DNA of 50,914 nt from a virus (taxonomy: Duplodnaviria > Caudoviricetes), in IMG/VR virus record IMGVR_UViG_3300046167_000433, positions 1-50,914 of that record; one strand, 5' to 3'. Shown here piece after piece: positions 1 to 9,659 of this stretch (positions are counted from its first letter, which is position 1; each line of letters begins with the position of its first letter). The notes below the pieces were generated by a model, which did not search any database, was not told where the DNA came from, and was given only the letters and a program-made list of their open reading frames with translations. The translations under genes were made by a program, and so were the position numbers.

Positions 1-13
1 GACTCTGGGGATT

Positions 14-376
14 ATGAATGTTCCGAACCACCGGCTACATACGTTCTATACCGTAGAGCGCCCGTGGCAGGACAACGCTCCTTTTCTGTCGTGCATCCCC
101 TTGGGGGAGTATTCCGTTATCTGGAAGCAATCTCCCAAGTTCGGGTGGTGCCATGAGATAGAAAACGTGTCCGGCAGAAGCCACATCCTATTCCACGTCG
201 CCAACTTCCCTGAAGAGGTTGAGGGGTGCATAGGTGTTGGTATGTCGTTGATGGGAGATCGTATCGCCGTAGGAGAATCTCGAAAAGGGATCGAGGCGTT
301 TCATGAAGCCACTGGGGGGAAAGCATGGCGGCTAAGGATCGTGAATGCACCGTATGCGGCGTTAAGTACCCTGTAG
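14..376 (+). CDS. DUF5675-family protein (candidate cell-wall hydrolase/endolysin); 5' end may lie outside the window
   Basis: TVERPW..N....SCIP.GEY, GRSHILFHVAN...EVEGCIGVG motifs typical of DUF5675. Confidence 0.75.
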   Translation: MNVPNHRLHTFYTVERPWQDNAPFLSCIPLGEYSVIWKQSPKFGWCHEIENVSGRSHILFHVANFPEEVEGCIGVGMSLMGDRIAVGESRKGIEAFHEATGGKAWRLRIVNAPYAALSTL

Positions 377-795
377 AAGGATTCCCGACTTGCGGTAGGG
401 GCTATCGCAGGAGGACATGCAGAGAGTGTACTAACAAGCAAAAGCGAGACTTTAAGTCCGCAGACCCTGAGACATATTTGATCTCTCGTCTTGGCCGACA
501 GTCTGGCCGCAACAGGGTTGAGATCAGCATAGACAAAGAGTTTCTGAGGGAGCTTTGGGATTCGCAGGGAGGGAAGTGCGCCGTTACTGGGTTGCACATG
601 ACTTACTTCCCCAGAGGGCAGAGGAACGCAACGGGCCTTAACGGGTCGGTAGATCGGCTCGATGGCCTTAAAGGTTATGTAAGGGGCAATGTCCGTCTGG
701 TCTGCGCGAGGGTAAATGCTATGCGCTCATCAGGAGAGGATGCTGATTTGCTGTGGTGGTGTAAGCAAATAATAGAGGGGATAGAGGGTGAATGA
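325..795 (+). CDS. HNH-type endonuclease with N-terminal Zn finger
   Basis: CxxC...CxxC N-terminus; Q.GKCAVTG, SVDRLD..KGY..GNVRLVC..VN..R beta-beta-alpha-Me motif; directly upstream of terminase. Confidence 0.75.
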   Translation: MAAKDRECTVCGVKYPVEGFPTCGRGYRRRTCRECTNKQKRDFKSADPETYLISRLGRQSGRNRVEISIDKEFLRELWDSQGGKCAVTGLHMTYFPRGQRNATGLNGSVDRLDGLKGYVRGNVRLVCARVNAMRSSGEDADLLWWCKQIIEGIEGE

Positions 796-2377
796 CGAGG
801 ACTTAAAGGAGGCGGCGAGAGTCTTCAAAACGGACTTCCCTGTCTACGCCAAAAACATTTTGAAGGTCGTCAACAAGGAGGGAGTGCAGTTGCCCTTCCG
901 CCTGAACGACGGCCAGAAGATGGTGCATAACCAGCTAGAGACTCAGCTTAAAGAGACCGGCAAGATCCGCGCTCTGATCCTCAAGGCCAGACAGGTAGGG
1001 ATATCAACGTATGTGGAAGGTCGGTTCTTCTGGAAGATTACGCAAACTCGCAACGCTAATGCGTTCGTTCTTTCTCACCTTGCTGAGTCTACTAACTCGA
1101 TCTTTAACATGGTGCGGATGTTCTATGAGAACGTACCTCATAAAGCCTTTAAGCCAACCCTCGGCAGTCAGAGTGCGGCCACCCTTGTCTTCGATGAGAT
1201 CAACTCACGTTACCGAGTGGGTACAGCAAGATCGACTCAGACAGGGCGAGGACAGACTAACCGCTTTGTCCATGGCTCGGAGGTCGCCTTCTACCCGCAG
1301 GGGGCGGACATCGTAGCCGGTCTACTCCAGACAGTGGGCGGTAACGGTAGTGAGGTGATTCTCGAATCTACCGCGAACGGTGCTGGTGGCTGGTTCTACG
1401 ATCAGGTCATGAAATCTTTGCGCGGCGAGACCGAGTGGATTACTTGCTTCGTTCCGTGGTTTGCCATGCAGGAGTACAGGGCCACAGTGCGTCCGTACTT
1501 CGAGCGCACCCGAGAAGAAGAGAAGCTCGCCGATCAGTATGGGCTGGACGATCAACAACTCCAGTTCCGCCGAAACAAAATGGATGAGCTAGGAGGAAAC
1601 GATCTGTTTAGGCAGGAGTATCCGACTACCGCGATAGAAGCCTTCCTGACTTCGGGCCGGTGCTTCGTCGAAGAAAATGTTTTGGCTGATGCTGAGAAGG
1701 AGGTTTATACCCCCGACTTCATTGGTGAACTCCGTTCTGATGGTATGTCTGAGCGTACCAGTGGGCCGTACAGGGAGTGGTATCCGCCGAATCCAGATGA
1801 CTCGTATGTCATTGGCGTGGACGTGGCAGAGGGATTGGCCCACGGAGACTACTCGGTCGCACAGGTTCTCGACTCGCGTGGCAGGCAGGTCGCCTGTTAC
1901 CACGGGCATATTGATCCGTGGGAGTGGGGCAACATCGTCGGGATACTCGGCAAGCGCTACAACACCGCCTACATCATCGTCGAAAGAAACAACCACGGCC
2001 TAACAACTTTGCGCCGACTACAAGAAATTAACTACCCGTCGCTGTTCATTGAAAGTTCAGTTGATGGTGCTTATGGAGACCGCATGACGAAGCGCGGCGG
2101 CTTCCTAACAACCAGTAAAACCAAGCCATTAATCATCGATAACCTTGCCGCCCTGCTACGACAGAGGGACTCCGGTATAGCAGACACTGAGCTTATTAAA
2201 GAATTGCGAACCTACGTCATTGACGAAAGGGGGGCTACCAATGCTCAAAACGGCTGTTATGATGATAGGGTGATGGCGTTTGCCATTGCCCTCCATGGAT
2301 TGGCTTCTATGCCGCGACCAAGAGTACATCCGGTCGCAAGGCGCTTCAAAACAGTAGACACCGTGGTGGGTTATTAA
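788..2377 (+). CDS. terL: Terminase large subunit
   Basis: ILKARQVGIST (Walker A), HGSEVAF (Walker B), ILESTANG coupling motif, IGVDVAEG and YDDRVMA nuclease aspartates. Confidence 0.95.
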   Translation: MNDEDLKEAARVFKTDFPVYAKNILKVVNKEGVQLPFRLNDGQKMVHNQLETQLKETGKIRALILKARQVGISTYVEGRFFWKITQTRNANAFVLSHLAESTNSIFNMVRMFYENVPHKAFKPTLGSQSAATLVFDEINSRYRVGTARSTQTGRGQTNRFVHGSEVAFYPQGADIVAGLLQTVGGNGSEVILESTANGAGGWFYDQVMKSLRGETEWITCFVPWFAMQEYRATVRPYFERTREEEKLADQYGLDDQQLQFRRNKMDELGGNDLFRQEYPTTAIEAFLTSGRCFVEENVLADAEKEVYTPDFIGELRSDGMSERTSGPYREWYPPNPDDSYVIGVDVAEGLAHGDYSVAQVLDSRGRQVACYHGHIDPWEWGNIVGILGKRYNTAYIIVERNNHGLTTLRRLQEINYPSLFIESSVDGAYGDRMTKRGGFLTTSKTKPLIIDNLAALLRQRDSGIADTELIKELRTYVIDERGATNAQNGCYDDRVMAFAIALHGLASMPRPRVHPVARRFKTVDTVVGY

Positions 2378-4353
2378 TGGACGAATTCCTCGAAGAGGGC
2401 GTCGGATTTGATGTTGAAAATCCAGACGGCTCGCAAGACATAGAACTTCAATCACTCGGCGCTAGGCTTAAAGGCCTGTTTACCGAGTACAAAGACGCCC
2501 GTAGAGAAACTGAAGACGAGTGGATCGAAGATCTACGACAGTTCTCTGGCCAGTACGATCCTGAAATCCTTGCTCGATTGAGCGAAGCATCTGGCTCTCG
2601 CAGTAAGGTATTCGTTGGCCTATCTAGAACAAAGGTAATGGCCGCGTACAGCAGGCTTATCGACTTACTATTTCAAAGTGGTGACGCATTTTTTGGCGTA
2701 CAACCAACCCCCCGCCCCAAGATCAATCCGATGAAACGAGCAGAAATGCAACAGATGCTCATTCAGAATATTGTGCAGATGGGGCAGGGCCAACCCGAGG
2801 AGGTGATCCGGCAAGTCCTAGCTGAGAACGAAGAGCGCATCCGTCAAGGGTTGCAGGAGCAGGAAGAGCGTTTATCCGAGATGGCCTCTGAAGAAATGCA
2901 GAAGGACATTGAGGATCAGCTAATAGAAGAAAACACCGAGCAGAAGATGAAGGAGGCTATCCTTGAGGCCTGCATCTTCGGCTCCGGTGCCATCAAGTCC
3001 GGCACGGTAAAGATCGACAAGGTTCAGTCTTACCAGCGCGTTGAGGATGAGATGGGGAGATCTCAGTATGTCATGGCGATGGAAGAAGAGGCCCGACCTG
3101 AAATTGAGTCGGTATCTATCTTTGATCTTTACCCAGACCCCTACTGCACCAGTCTTGCAGACTGTTCAGGAATGTTCCGCCGTCACGTCCTTACTCGCCG
3201 TCAATTCAGAGAGTTGGCAGATCTTCCCAGCTTTGACTCCGAGATAATCCTAGCCACTGTTAAAGATCGACGGAACGGAAACCATGAAGAAGAAGACCAT
3301 GAGCGCACTCGCCGCGAAATTGCTGGCGTTGTTGATCATGGTGATTCCCGCAGGTTTGAGCTACTGGAGTTCTGGGGTTCCATTGACGGCTATGACCTAC
3401 AAGAGGTTGGAGTCGAATTTCCGGAGGGATCTGATCTCAGCCAAGATTTTGATGCCAACGTATGGATCGTCGCCGGAAAGGTAATCAAGGCCGCACTTAA
3501 TCCGGTCAAGGGATACCGTATTCCGTACAACATATTCCCCTATGAGCGCACTCCCCATCAGTTCTGGGGCGTGGGAGTACCGCGCATGATGCGTGATTCC
3601 CAGCAGACGATGAACGCGGCAACGCGCATCTGGCTGGACAACATGGCGCTCAGTTCAGGCCCGATGGTAGAGGTGAATACCGACTTGCTCGCGGCGGGTG
3701 AAGATCCAACCGACCTCCATCCGTGGCGAGTCTTTTTGCGATCTGGCGGGGACGGCTCTATGCCTGCTGTCCGTTACTACCAGCCTGTCGCGAATGCCAA
3801 CGGCTTGAACCAAATCATAGAAATCTTCCGACGCTTTGCGGACGAAACAACTTCTCTCCCAAGCTACACCCACGGTGAGCAGACGAAGAGTTTGAATAAG
3901 ACGGCAACGGGTATCTCAATGCTTATGGGAGCGGCAAATGTCGCGCTCAAGAGTACGATTAAAAACATTGACGATTTCCTTATACGCCCTATGATTGAAT
4001 CAATGTTCCACTTCAATATGGAGTTCGGAACGAATGAGCGAGCGAAGGGCGATCTAAAGGTCGTTGCTCGCGGTAGCACCGCACTTGTGCAGAAAGAAGT
4101 GCAGAGCCAGAGACTATTGCAATTCCTCTCTCTGGTTTCAAACCCGATGGACTCTCAACTCATTGATCGAGGCAAACTCTTGCGCGATATCGCCCAGAGT
4201 ATGGATATCGATCCGGATGAATTTATTAAGTCTCAGGAGCAACTCATTGCCGAGCAACAAGCTTTACAACAGCAAATGCTCGCCGCGTCAGGCGAGGGCG
4301 GTCAAGGTCTTGGCCCTGACGGAGGAATGGCCCCTCCTGATGGAGTTGCTTGA
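2377..4353 (+). CDS. Portal protein (P22/BPP-1-like)
   Basis: 658 aa directly after TerL; FWGVGVPRMMRDSQ, KTATGISML motifs; Gln-rich tail. Confidence 0.9.
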   Translation: MDEFLEEGVGFDVENPDGSQDIELQSLGARLKGLFTEYKDARRETEDEWIEDLRQFSGQYDPEILARLSEASGSRSKVFVGLSRTKVMAAYSRLIDLLFQSGDAFFGVQPTPRPKINPMKRAEMQQMLIQNIVQMGQGQPEEVIRQVLAENEERIRQGLQEQEERLSEMASEEMQKDIEDQLIEENTEQKMKEAILEACIFGSGAIKSGTVKIDKVQSYQRVEDEMGRSQYVMAMEEEARPEIESVSIFDLYPDPYCTSLADCSGMFRRHVLTRRQFRELADLPSFDSEIILATVKDRRNGNHEEEDHERTRREIAGVVDHGDSRRFELLEFWGSIDGYDLQEVGVEFPEGSDLSQDFDANVWIVAGKVIKAALNPVKGYRIPYNIFPYERTPHQFWGVGVPRMMRDSQQTMNAATRIWLDNMALSSGPMVEVNTDLLAAGEDPTDLHPWRVFLRSGGDGSMPAVRYYQPVANANGLNQIIEIFRRFADETTSLPSYTHGEQTKSLNKTATGISMLMGAANVALKSTIKNIDDFLIRPMIESMFHFNMEFGTNERAKGDLKVVARGSTALVQKEVQSQRLLQFLSLVSNPMDSQLIDRGKLLRDIAQSMDIDPDEFIKSQEQLIAEQQALQQQMLAASGEGGQGLGPDGGMAPPDGVA

Positions 4354-4522
4354 ATCTCGGTTAGCCGAGGCTCATGAGAAGTTGGAGTACGCGGACGAAC
4401 AGAATTTTAGACGCCAGCAAGGACGGGTAGCAGAGCTACGCGCCTTGATTGGACTTGAACAGACCGCAGAGGCGGTCATCGAAGCGGAAAGGAATCCGCG
4501 TAGGTCTCCTAGCTTCGATTAA
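4247..4522 (+). CDS. Small head-module protein overlapping portal 3' end (alternative ATG at 4340)
   Basis: AGGAG at 4235-4239, 7 nt before in-frame TTG 4247; helical product with FRRQQGRVAELRAL, in the usual slot between portal and scaffold. Confidence 0.6.
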   Translation: MPSNKLYNSKCSPRQARAVKVLALTEEWPLLMELLESRLAEAHEKLEYADEQNFRRQQGRVAELRALIGLEQTAEAVIEAERNPRRSPSFD

Positions 4523-4548
4523 CGGACACCCCACAGAGGAACCGTGTA

Positions 4549-5448
4549 ATGAAAGTAGATCCAGCAAAACTTGAAGCGGAAGCACAGGAATTAATAGCTC
4601 AGTACAAAGGTGAAGTTCCGGCCCCTCAAGAAGAGGAAACGCCAGAGGAAGTTCAACCTGAAGCAGAGTTAGCGGCACCCGAAGAGCCATCGGAAACTGC
4701 CGAAGTACCTGTGGAGGCTCCTGTCGAAGATGAGCGCGGCGAATTATCTGAGGCAGAGTTAGCACTTAAAAAGGCTGATGAACGCTACAAGAATGCGCAA
4801 AGGAAGATGACTCAGGCGACCACTGAGGCTAAGGAACTGCGACGTATGAACGAGCAGGTCATGGCTGAACTGGGACAAATGAAGCGTCAGCTTGCGGAGA
4901 AAGACATTGATCTAGAGAAGTTGAAGCAGGTCAGGGAAGAGTACCCAGACTTAGCGGCACCAATTCTGGATGAGATGGAAAGGACGCAGGCAAAGGTAGA
5001 CGAGCAACATGCCGAACTTGAAGCACTCCGCAATATGCGAGAGCAGGATGCAGTCCAAGAGGCGCAGAACGCGCACATGGATCGCATTCGGGAAGCTCAC
5101 CCAGACTTGGACAACATTGTTCAAACGGGAGACTGGGCTGACTGGCTGGAGGTGCAGAACGCGCAAGTTCAGAGCTGGATTGAATCCGGTTCATCGAACG
5201 ACGTAAACGCGGCTCTGTACAAATTCAAGAGCGACATGGGTGTGGGTCAACCGACGCCGCAAGAGCGGGTACTGGAAAAGGCGAAAGCGGCGGCAGAGCC
5301 AAAGCTCCCTAAATCCAGAAAGCCCGATACTGGTGCCGGACAAAAAGTCTGGTCTGCGGCTGATATCAAGAGCATGTCTCTGAAAGACTTCGAGGCAAAT
5401 CAAGGCGCTCTGATGGATGCATGGAGACAGGGACAAATCCGGCGTTAA
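4549..5448 (+). CDS. Capsid scaffolding protein
   Basis: Acidic, coiled-coil protein between portal and capsid; AWRQGQIRR C-terminus. Confidence 0.75.
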   Translation: MKVDPAKLEAEAQELIAQYKGEVPAPQEEETPEEVQPEAELAAPEEPSETAEVPVEAPVEDERGELSEAELALKKADERYKNAQRKMTQATTEAKELRRMNEQVMAELGQMKRQLAEKDIDLEKLKQVREEYPDLAAPILDEMERTQAKVDEQHAELEALRNMREQDAVQEAQNAHMDRIREAHPDLDNIVQTGDWADWLEVQNAQVQSWIESGSSNDVNAALYKFKSDMGVGQPTPQERVLEKAKAAAEPKLPKSRKPDTGAGQKVWSAADIKSMSLKDFEANQGALMDAWRQGQIRR

Positions 5449-5477
5449 TTAAAACTCTTGCATAGAGGTATTTAACG

Positions 5478-6347
5478 ATGGCTATTGGCGCAGGTGCTTC
5501 AAACTTTACTTACGCGAGCGGACAGGCTGGTTTCATTCCAGAAGTTTTCTCAAAATTATTGCAGGCGAAGTTCTACAGTTCTTCGGTTCTTCCTGCTATT
5601 TCAAACACTGACTACGAAGGCGAGATCTCTGGCCAAGGCGATAAGGTTCACATCCGAACCGTGCCGAACGTCACAGTTGCAGACTATAACGGTGCGATCA
5701 GCTACGCTGACTTGACCACTAGCACAGTCGAGCTTCTGATCGATCAAGCTAAGTCGTATGCGTTCAAGATGGACGACGTGCTATCTGCACAGGGCGATAT
5801 CGATATGTTGGCTGAAGCATCTAAGGATGCCGCTGAGTCTATGCGTATCGCAGTTGAGACGGACGTACTGGCTAACGTAGTGACTGGAGCGACCACTATT
5901 GGTTCGCAGACCACCATTACTTCCAGCAACATCCTTACCAACATCCTTGACATCGCTAAGGAGTTGGACGAGTTGAACATCCCTGAAGAGGGTCGATTCA
6001 TCGTTCTGCCTCCCAGCATGGTTTCTCTGTTAAAGCAGAGTGAACTGCGTCAAGCGTACCTGACGGGTGATGCGACTTCGCCTCTCCGTAACGGTCAGGT
6101 GGGTCAGGTAGATCGCTTCACGGTCTATCAGAGCAATCTGCTCTACACCGCCACGTCTGGTGCTGATGACACTTACACCCACGTTCTCGCGGGTCACCCC
6201 AAGGCAATCACGTTTGCTTCTCAGTTCACTAACACTGAGACAGTACGACTTGAGTCCACCTTTGGTGACGGCGTTCGCGGACTGAAGGTTTATGGCCGCA
6301 AGGTCGTAACTCCAGACTGCCTCGCTGTAGGTAAGTGGAAGGTCTAA
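5478..6347 (+). CDS. Major capsid protein (P22 coat-like)
   Basis: FIPEVFS, NTDYEGEI...GDKVHI, PEEGRFIV, FGDGVRGLKVYGRKVV motifs; GAGG RBS; terminator follows. Confidence 0.9.
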   Translation: MAIGAGASNFTYASGQAGFIPEVFSKLLQAKFYSSSVLPAISNTDYEGEISGQGDKVHIRTVPNVTVADYNGAISYADLTTSTVELLIDQAKSYAFKMDDVLSAQGDIDMLAEASKDAAESMRIAVETDVLANVVTGATTIGSQTTITSSNILTNILDIAKELDELNIPEEGRFIVLPPSMVSLLKQSELRQAYLTGDATSPLRNGQVGQVDRFTVYQSNLLYTATSGADDTYTHVLAGHPKAITFASQFTNTETVRLESTFGDGVRGLKVYGRKVVTPDCLAVGKWKV

Positions 6348-6356
6348 GACCTAATC

Positions 6357-6385
6357 GGGGGAGGGTTTCCTCCCCCTTTCACTTT
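6357..6385 (+). terminator. Rho-independent terminator after major capsid gene
   Basis: GGGGGAGG-GTTT-CCTCCCCC hairpin followed by TTTCACTTT. Confidence 0.75.
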
Positions 6386-6398
6386 CAGGGAGAGATAA

Positions 6399-6674
6399 GT
6401 GAACGAAGCCAAGACCGAGAAAGACGATCTGTACATCGAGGCCAAGGAAGAGTTTGGCATCACCCTAGATAGACGACAGACCTTGGGTGATTTGCAAGAT
6501 CAGATGGACAGAATTAGGAAGACTGGAAAACAGCCGGAGAAGGTTCTGCCAGCAAGGATGCCGAAAAAGCTTCGCAACATCGTGACCGGAAATATTTTCG
6601 ATTACGACCCCTTGTTCGCAAAGAATCCCGATCTGGAAATAATTGAATGGGAGGCTACGGATGGCGACGACTAA
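6399..6674 (+). CDS. Hypothetical head-module protein
   Basis: GGGAG RBS, GTG start; C-terminal RNIVTGNIF...DLEII motif. Confidence 0.7.
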   Translation: MNEAKTEKDDLYIEAKEEFGITLDRRQTLGDLQDQMDRIRKTGKQPEKVLPARMPKKLRNIVTGNIFDYDPLFAKNPDLEIIEWEATDGDD

Positions 6675-7314
6675 GGTCAATGACATACTTGATCGTGCCG
6701 GTATCATCCTACAGGACACTTCAAATACTAGGTTTGCAAGCGCAGACCTTTTAAAGTTTTTTAATGACGGTCAGCGCGAGGTTGTAATTTACCGACCCGA
6801 CGCGAACGTCACTAACGCTACGTTTACTTGTGCCGCTGGTAGCAAGCAGTCCTTACCTTCGGCGGCTATTCGCCTGATCGATATCACTAGGAACATCGAC
6901 GGTAGAGCGGTCAGTCAGATTGATCGAAAGATGCTGGACGAGTCACTGCCCAACTGGCACAACTCGACGGCAGACAGCGATAGGAAGATTGAACACTTTG
7001 TCTACGATCCAACAGACCCTAAGAACTTTTACGTCTATCCGCAGGCGCTAAACAGCTTTCAGCTAGAAGTAATCTACAGCGAGTCTCCGGCAGATGTTGT
7101 TTTGTCAAACTTCACAACCGACACGACAACTATCACGTTGGATGACCCTTACGCGAACGCGCTGTTGGACTTCATTCTTTATCGTGCATATCAAATTGAC
7201 TCTGAGTTCGCAGGTAACGCAGAGAAATCATTGATGCATTACCGATCATTTACAAATGGCTTGGGAGCCAAGACGCAGGGTGACTCAGCGTCCGATCCCA
7301 GAGTAGGAGCTTAA
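6661..7314 (+). CDS. Head-tail adaptor/connector (DUF6682-like)
   Basis: GGAGG RBS before ATG 6661; LQD...RF...DLLKFFNDGQREVV.YRPDA, FYVYP, LLDFILYRAY. Confidence 0.7.
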   Translation: MATTKVNDILDRAGIILQDTSNTRFASADLLKFFNDGQREVVIYRPDANVTNATFTCAAGSKQSLPSAAIRLIDITRNIDGRAVSQIDRKMLDESLPNWHNSTADSDRKIEHFVYDPTDPKNFYVYPQALNSFQLEVIYSESPADVVLSNFTTDTTTITLDDPYANALLDFILYRAYQIDSEFAGNAEKSLMHYRSFTNGLGAKTQGDSASDPRVGA

Positions 7315-7316
7315 TA

Positions 7317-7940
7317 GTGAAGTTTCTCGACATTTCAGATTTCGTAAGAACAGAGGCTAGAGGCGCTCCAGAATTTCTTGTTGAGAGGGTAGTAAGAGAG
7401 TCAGCCACAGAGTTTTGCGTCAAGACGGACGTGTATCGCTTAGAGCCTGAAACGATCCAAGTGATCTCAGGGATCGATGAGTACGACTTAACCATCCCTA
7501 ATGGCACTGAGCTAAATCACATTATCGATGTGTACAGGGGGCATCGGACATTACAGCCCGTGTCCTACTCTCGATTGCTTGAGGTTAAGGGAGACGGCAC
7601 AACAACCGGACAGCCTAGATGCTATTCGCAATTACAAAGCACATCTTTCTATGTGGCCCCAGTTCCTTCGGCTTCTGAAACGCTAAGCGTTCTGTATTCA
7701 GTTAAGCCGACATCTACGGCCAGCAGTATTCCCGACTATATAGGCAAGGCGTATAGAGAGCCGATTGTTCACGGAGCGCTTTATAGGTTGCAGATGATGC
7801 CTAACCAGCCGTGGTCAGATCAAGGAAGTGCGCAAGCAAACAAGTCTCTCTGCGACCAGCGGACTGCTCAGGTTCTTCGAGAGGTTCGCTATGGCTATGG
7901 CGGCGGCTCTATGACAGTTAAATCGAGGGCGTTTATCTAA
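7317..7940 (+). CDS. Second adaptor/tail tubular-like protein
   Basis: AGGAG RBS; GQPRCY...FYVAPVP, IVHGALYRL motifs; position. Confidence 0.6.
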   Translation: MKFLDISDFVRTEARGAPEFLVERVVRESATEFCVKTDVYRLEPETIQVISGIDEYDLTIPNGTELNHIIDVYRGHRTLQPVSYSRLLEVKGDGTTTGQPRCYSQLQSTSFYVAPVPSASETLSVLYSVKPTSTASSIPDYIGKAYREPIVHGALYRLQMMPNQPWSDQGSAQANKSLCDQRTAQVLREVRYGYGGGSMTVKSRAFI

Positions 7941-8317
7941 TGGCTTATTCAGACACGATTAATCTTGTCGTCGGCGACACACTCCCAGAAGTGACGGTCA
8001 CTCTTCGAGATTCCAATAAGGCGGCATCTGGACAGACTCTTGATCCCGAAAACTCAGCGACTTGGGATCCGATTGATCTCACTGGCGCAACTGTTCGCAT
8101 GAGAATCCGAAAGGTTGGATCTGCGACTGTATCCAGCACGTTGACTATGACTGTTGTTAGCCCTCCAACAAACGGCAAGGCGACCACCAACTTCCCTGAC
8201 GGAACTCTATCTGAGGCGGGGGTGTTTGAGGCAGAGGTGGAGATTACTTACAGCACGGGTGCTAAGCAGACTGTGAACGACTTGCTGAAGCTGAAGATCA
8301 GGGATGACTTCGATTAA
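7940..8317 (+). CDS. BppU N-terminal-like virion protein
   Basis: GDTLP, PIDLTGATVRMRIR, AGVFEAEVEITYS motifs. Confidence 0.6.
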   Translation: MAYSDTINLVVGDTLPEVTVTLRDSNKAASGQTLDPENSATWDPIDLTGATVRMRIRKVGSATVSSTLTMTVVSPPTNGKATTNFPDGTLSEAGVFEAEVEITYSTGAKQTVNDLLKLKIRDDFD

Positions 8318-9213
8318 TGTTAAGAGCCGCCTACTCATATCAACTGATTAAGGCGTCTGCTCAGCGGACGGCGGTTTCGTTCGCCTCCGATTCTGTCAAT
8401 ACATCTTTCCGCGTTTCATTTGCTGATTTGACGGCAAGTCTTGATTACATCAGCCTATCTGCAAGCTATTTGGTTATTGCTGAAAGTCTCAATCGATTTT
8501 TTGACGACTCTTTTGCGTTTGCCGATCTTGCCAGCCTATCGGTTAGTAAGTCCGCATCTGATTCACTAGGCGTTACGGAGCTTTCTGTTCTTTCTGTACA
8601 GAAGTCGTTAACAGAGTCAGTCGGGGTATCCGATCAGTTCACAAAGGTTTTGATTATCAATCGAGACTTTACTGAGTCACTGGCTGTGGCTGAAGCAGTT
8701 TCTCTAACAGTTTCGTTTGGCAAGTCAGAAGCAATCTCCGTTTCTGATCTGACATCGATTAGCTCATCTAGGGGCGAAGCTGATGCAGTGGCGGTCAGCG
8801 AGGCAACGACTCTTCTAGTGGGTAAGTCTCAAGGTGACTCGCTCTCAGTATCCGAGCAGGTATCGAAGGCATTTAGCACTTCACTAACTGATGCTTTCAC
8901 TTTAGATGACCTTCTCAATTCAGAGCTTACTCAGACTCTTGATAAGGCTAACGTCTTTGGGGTGACAGAGGTTCTGACCTTCGCCAGCACAAAAGTTTTA
9001 TCTGACTCTACATCTATAGCTGAATCGATTGCGATCAGTGCCGCACGTTCAGTAGCAGATACGCTCGCAATGCAAGAGTCTCTGACCGCCCAGTTTGCTA
9101 AGTCCTTGTCTGACTCCACATCAGTATCGGAATCAATCTCCGTAACGCTGATCTCAGGTTCCGGCAGTGTGTTTAACCAAGGCGCATTTAATGCGTTCGC
9201 TTTTAACGAGTAG
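8317..9213 (+). CDS. Ser/Thr-rich repeat virion protein
   Basis: Tandem K.LSDS.SVSE-like repeats; FNQGAFNAFAFNE C-terminus. Confidence 0.65.
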   Translation: MLRAAYSYQLIKASAQRTAVSFASDSVNTSFRVSFADLTASLDYISLSASYLVIAESLNRFFDDSFAFADLASLSVSKSASDSLGVTELSVLSVQKSLTESVGVSDQFTKVLIINRDFTESLAVAEAVSLTVSFGKSEAISVSDLTSISSSRGEADAVAVSEATTLLVGKSQGDSLSVSEQVSKAFSTSLTDAFTLDDLLNSELTQTLDKANVFGVTEVLTFASTKVLSDSTSIAESIAISAARSVADTLAMQESLTAQFAKSLSDSTSVSESISVTLISGSGSVFNQGAFNAFAFNE

Positions 9214-9224
9214 GGAGAAACGAA

Positions 9225-9647
9225 ATGTTTCAAGATGGAATGAAAATGAGCGGCAAGCTCACGATCACACTGAACGACAAGGTCGTGCAAGAGGTCGATA
9301 ACTTGGTTGTGACTTCGGGCAAAGCGTTTGTTGCTTCCCGAATGATCGGAACAAGCGCCAGTGTCATGAGCCACATGGCTGTCGGTAGTGGATCTACTGC
9401 CGCCGCCGCTAATGATACGGCTCTTGGTAGTGAGCTAGGCCGAACTACTGCGACCTCTAGCGCGTCTGGTGCGGTTGTGACTTACGCCTCAACTTTTGCC
9501 GCTGGCACGGGAACGGGTGCAGTCACTGAAGCAGGTCTCTTCAACGCTTCTAGCTCTGGTGACATGCTCTGTCGCACGGTTTTCTCTGTGGTAAATAAAG
9601 GCGCGTCGGACTCCATGACGATTTCATGGACGGTTACCGTTTCCTAA
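9225..9647 (+). CDS. Tail-associated structural protein
   Basis: NLVVTSGK, HMAVGSG, DTALGSELGR, TEAGLFNA, WTVTVS motifs common in tailed phage structural genes. Confidence 0.7.
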   Translation: MFQDGMKMSGKLTITLNDKVVQEVDNLVVTSGKAFVASRMIGTSASVMSHMAVGSGSTAAAANDTALGSELGRTTATSSASGAVVTYASTFAAGTGTGAVTEAGLFNASSSGDMLCRTVFSVVNKGASDSMTISWTVTVS

Positions 9648-9659
9648 GAGGGCTAATCG

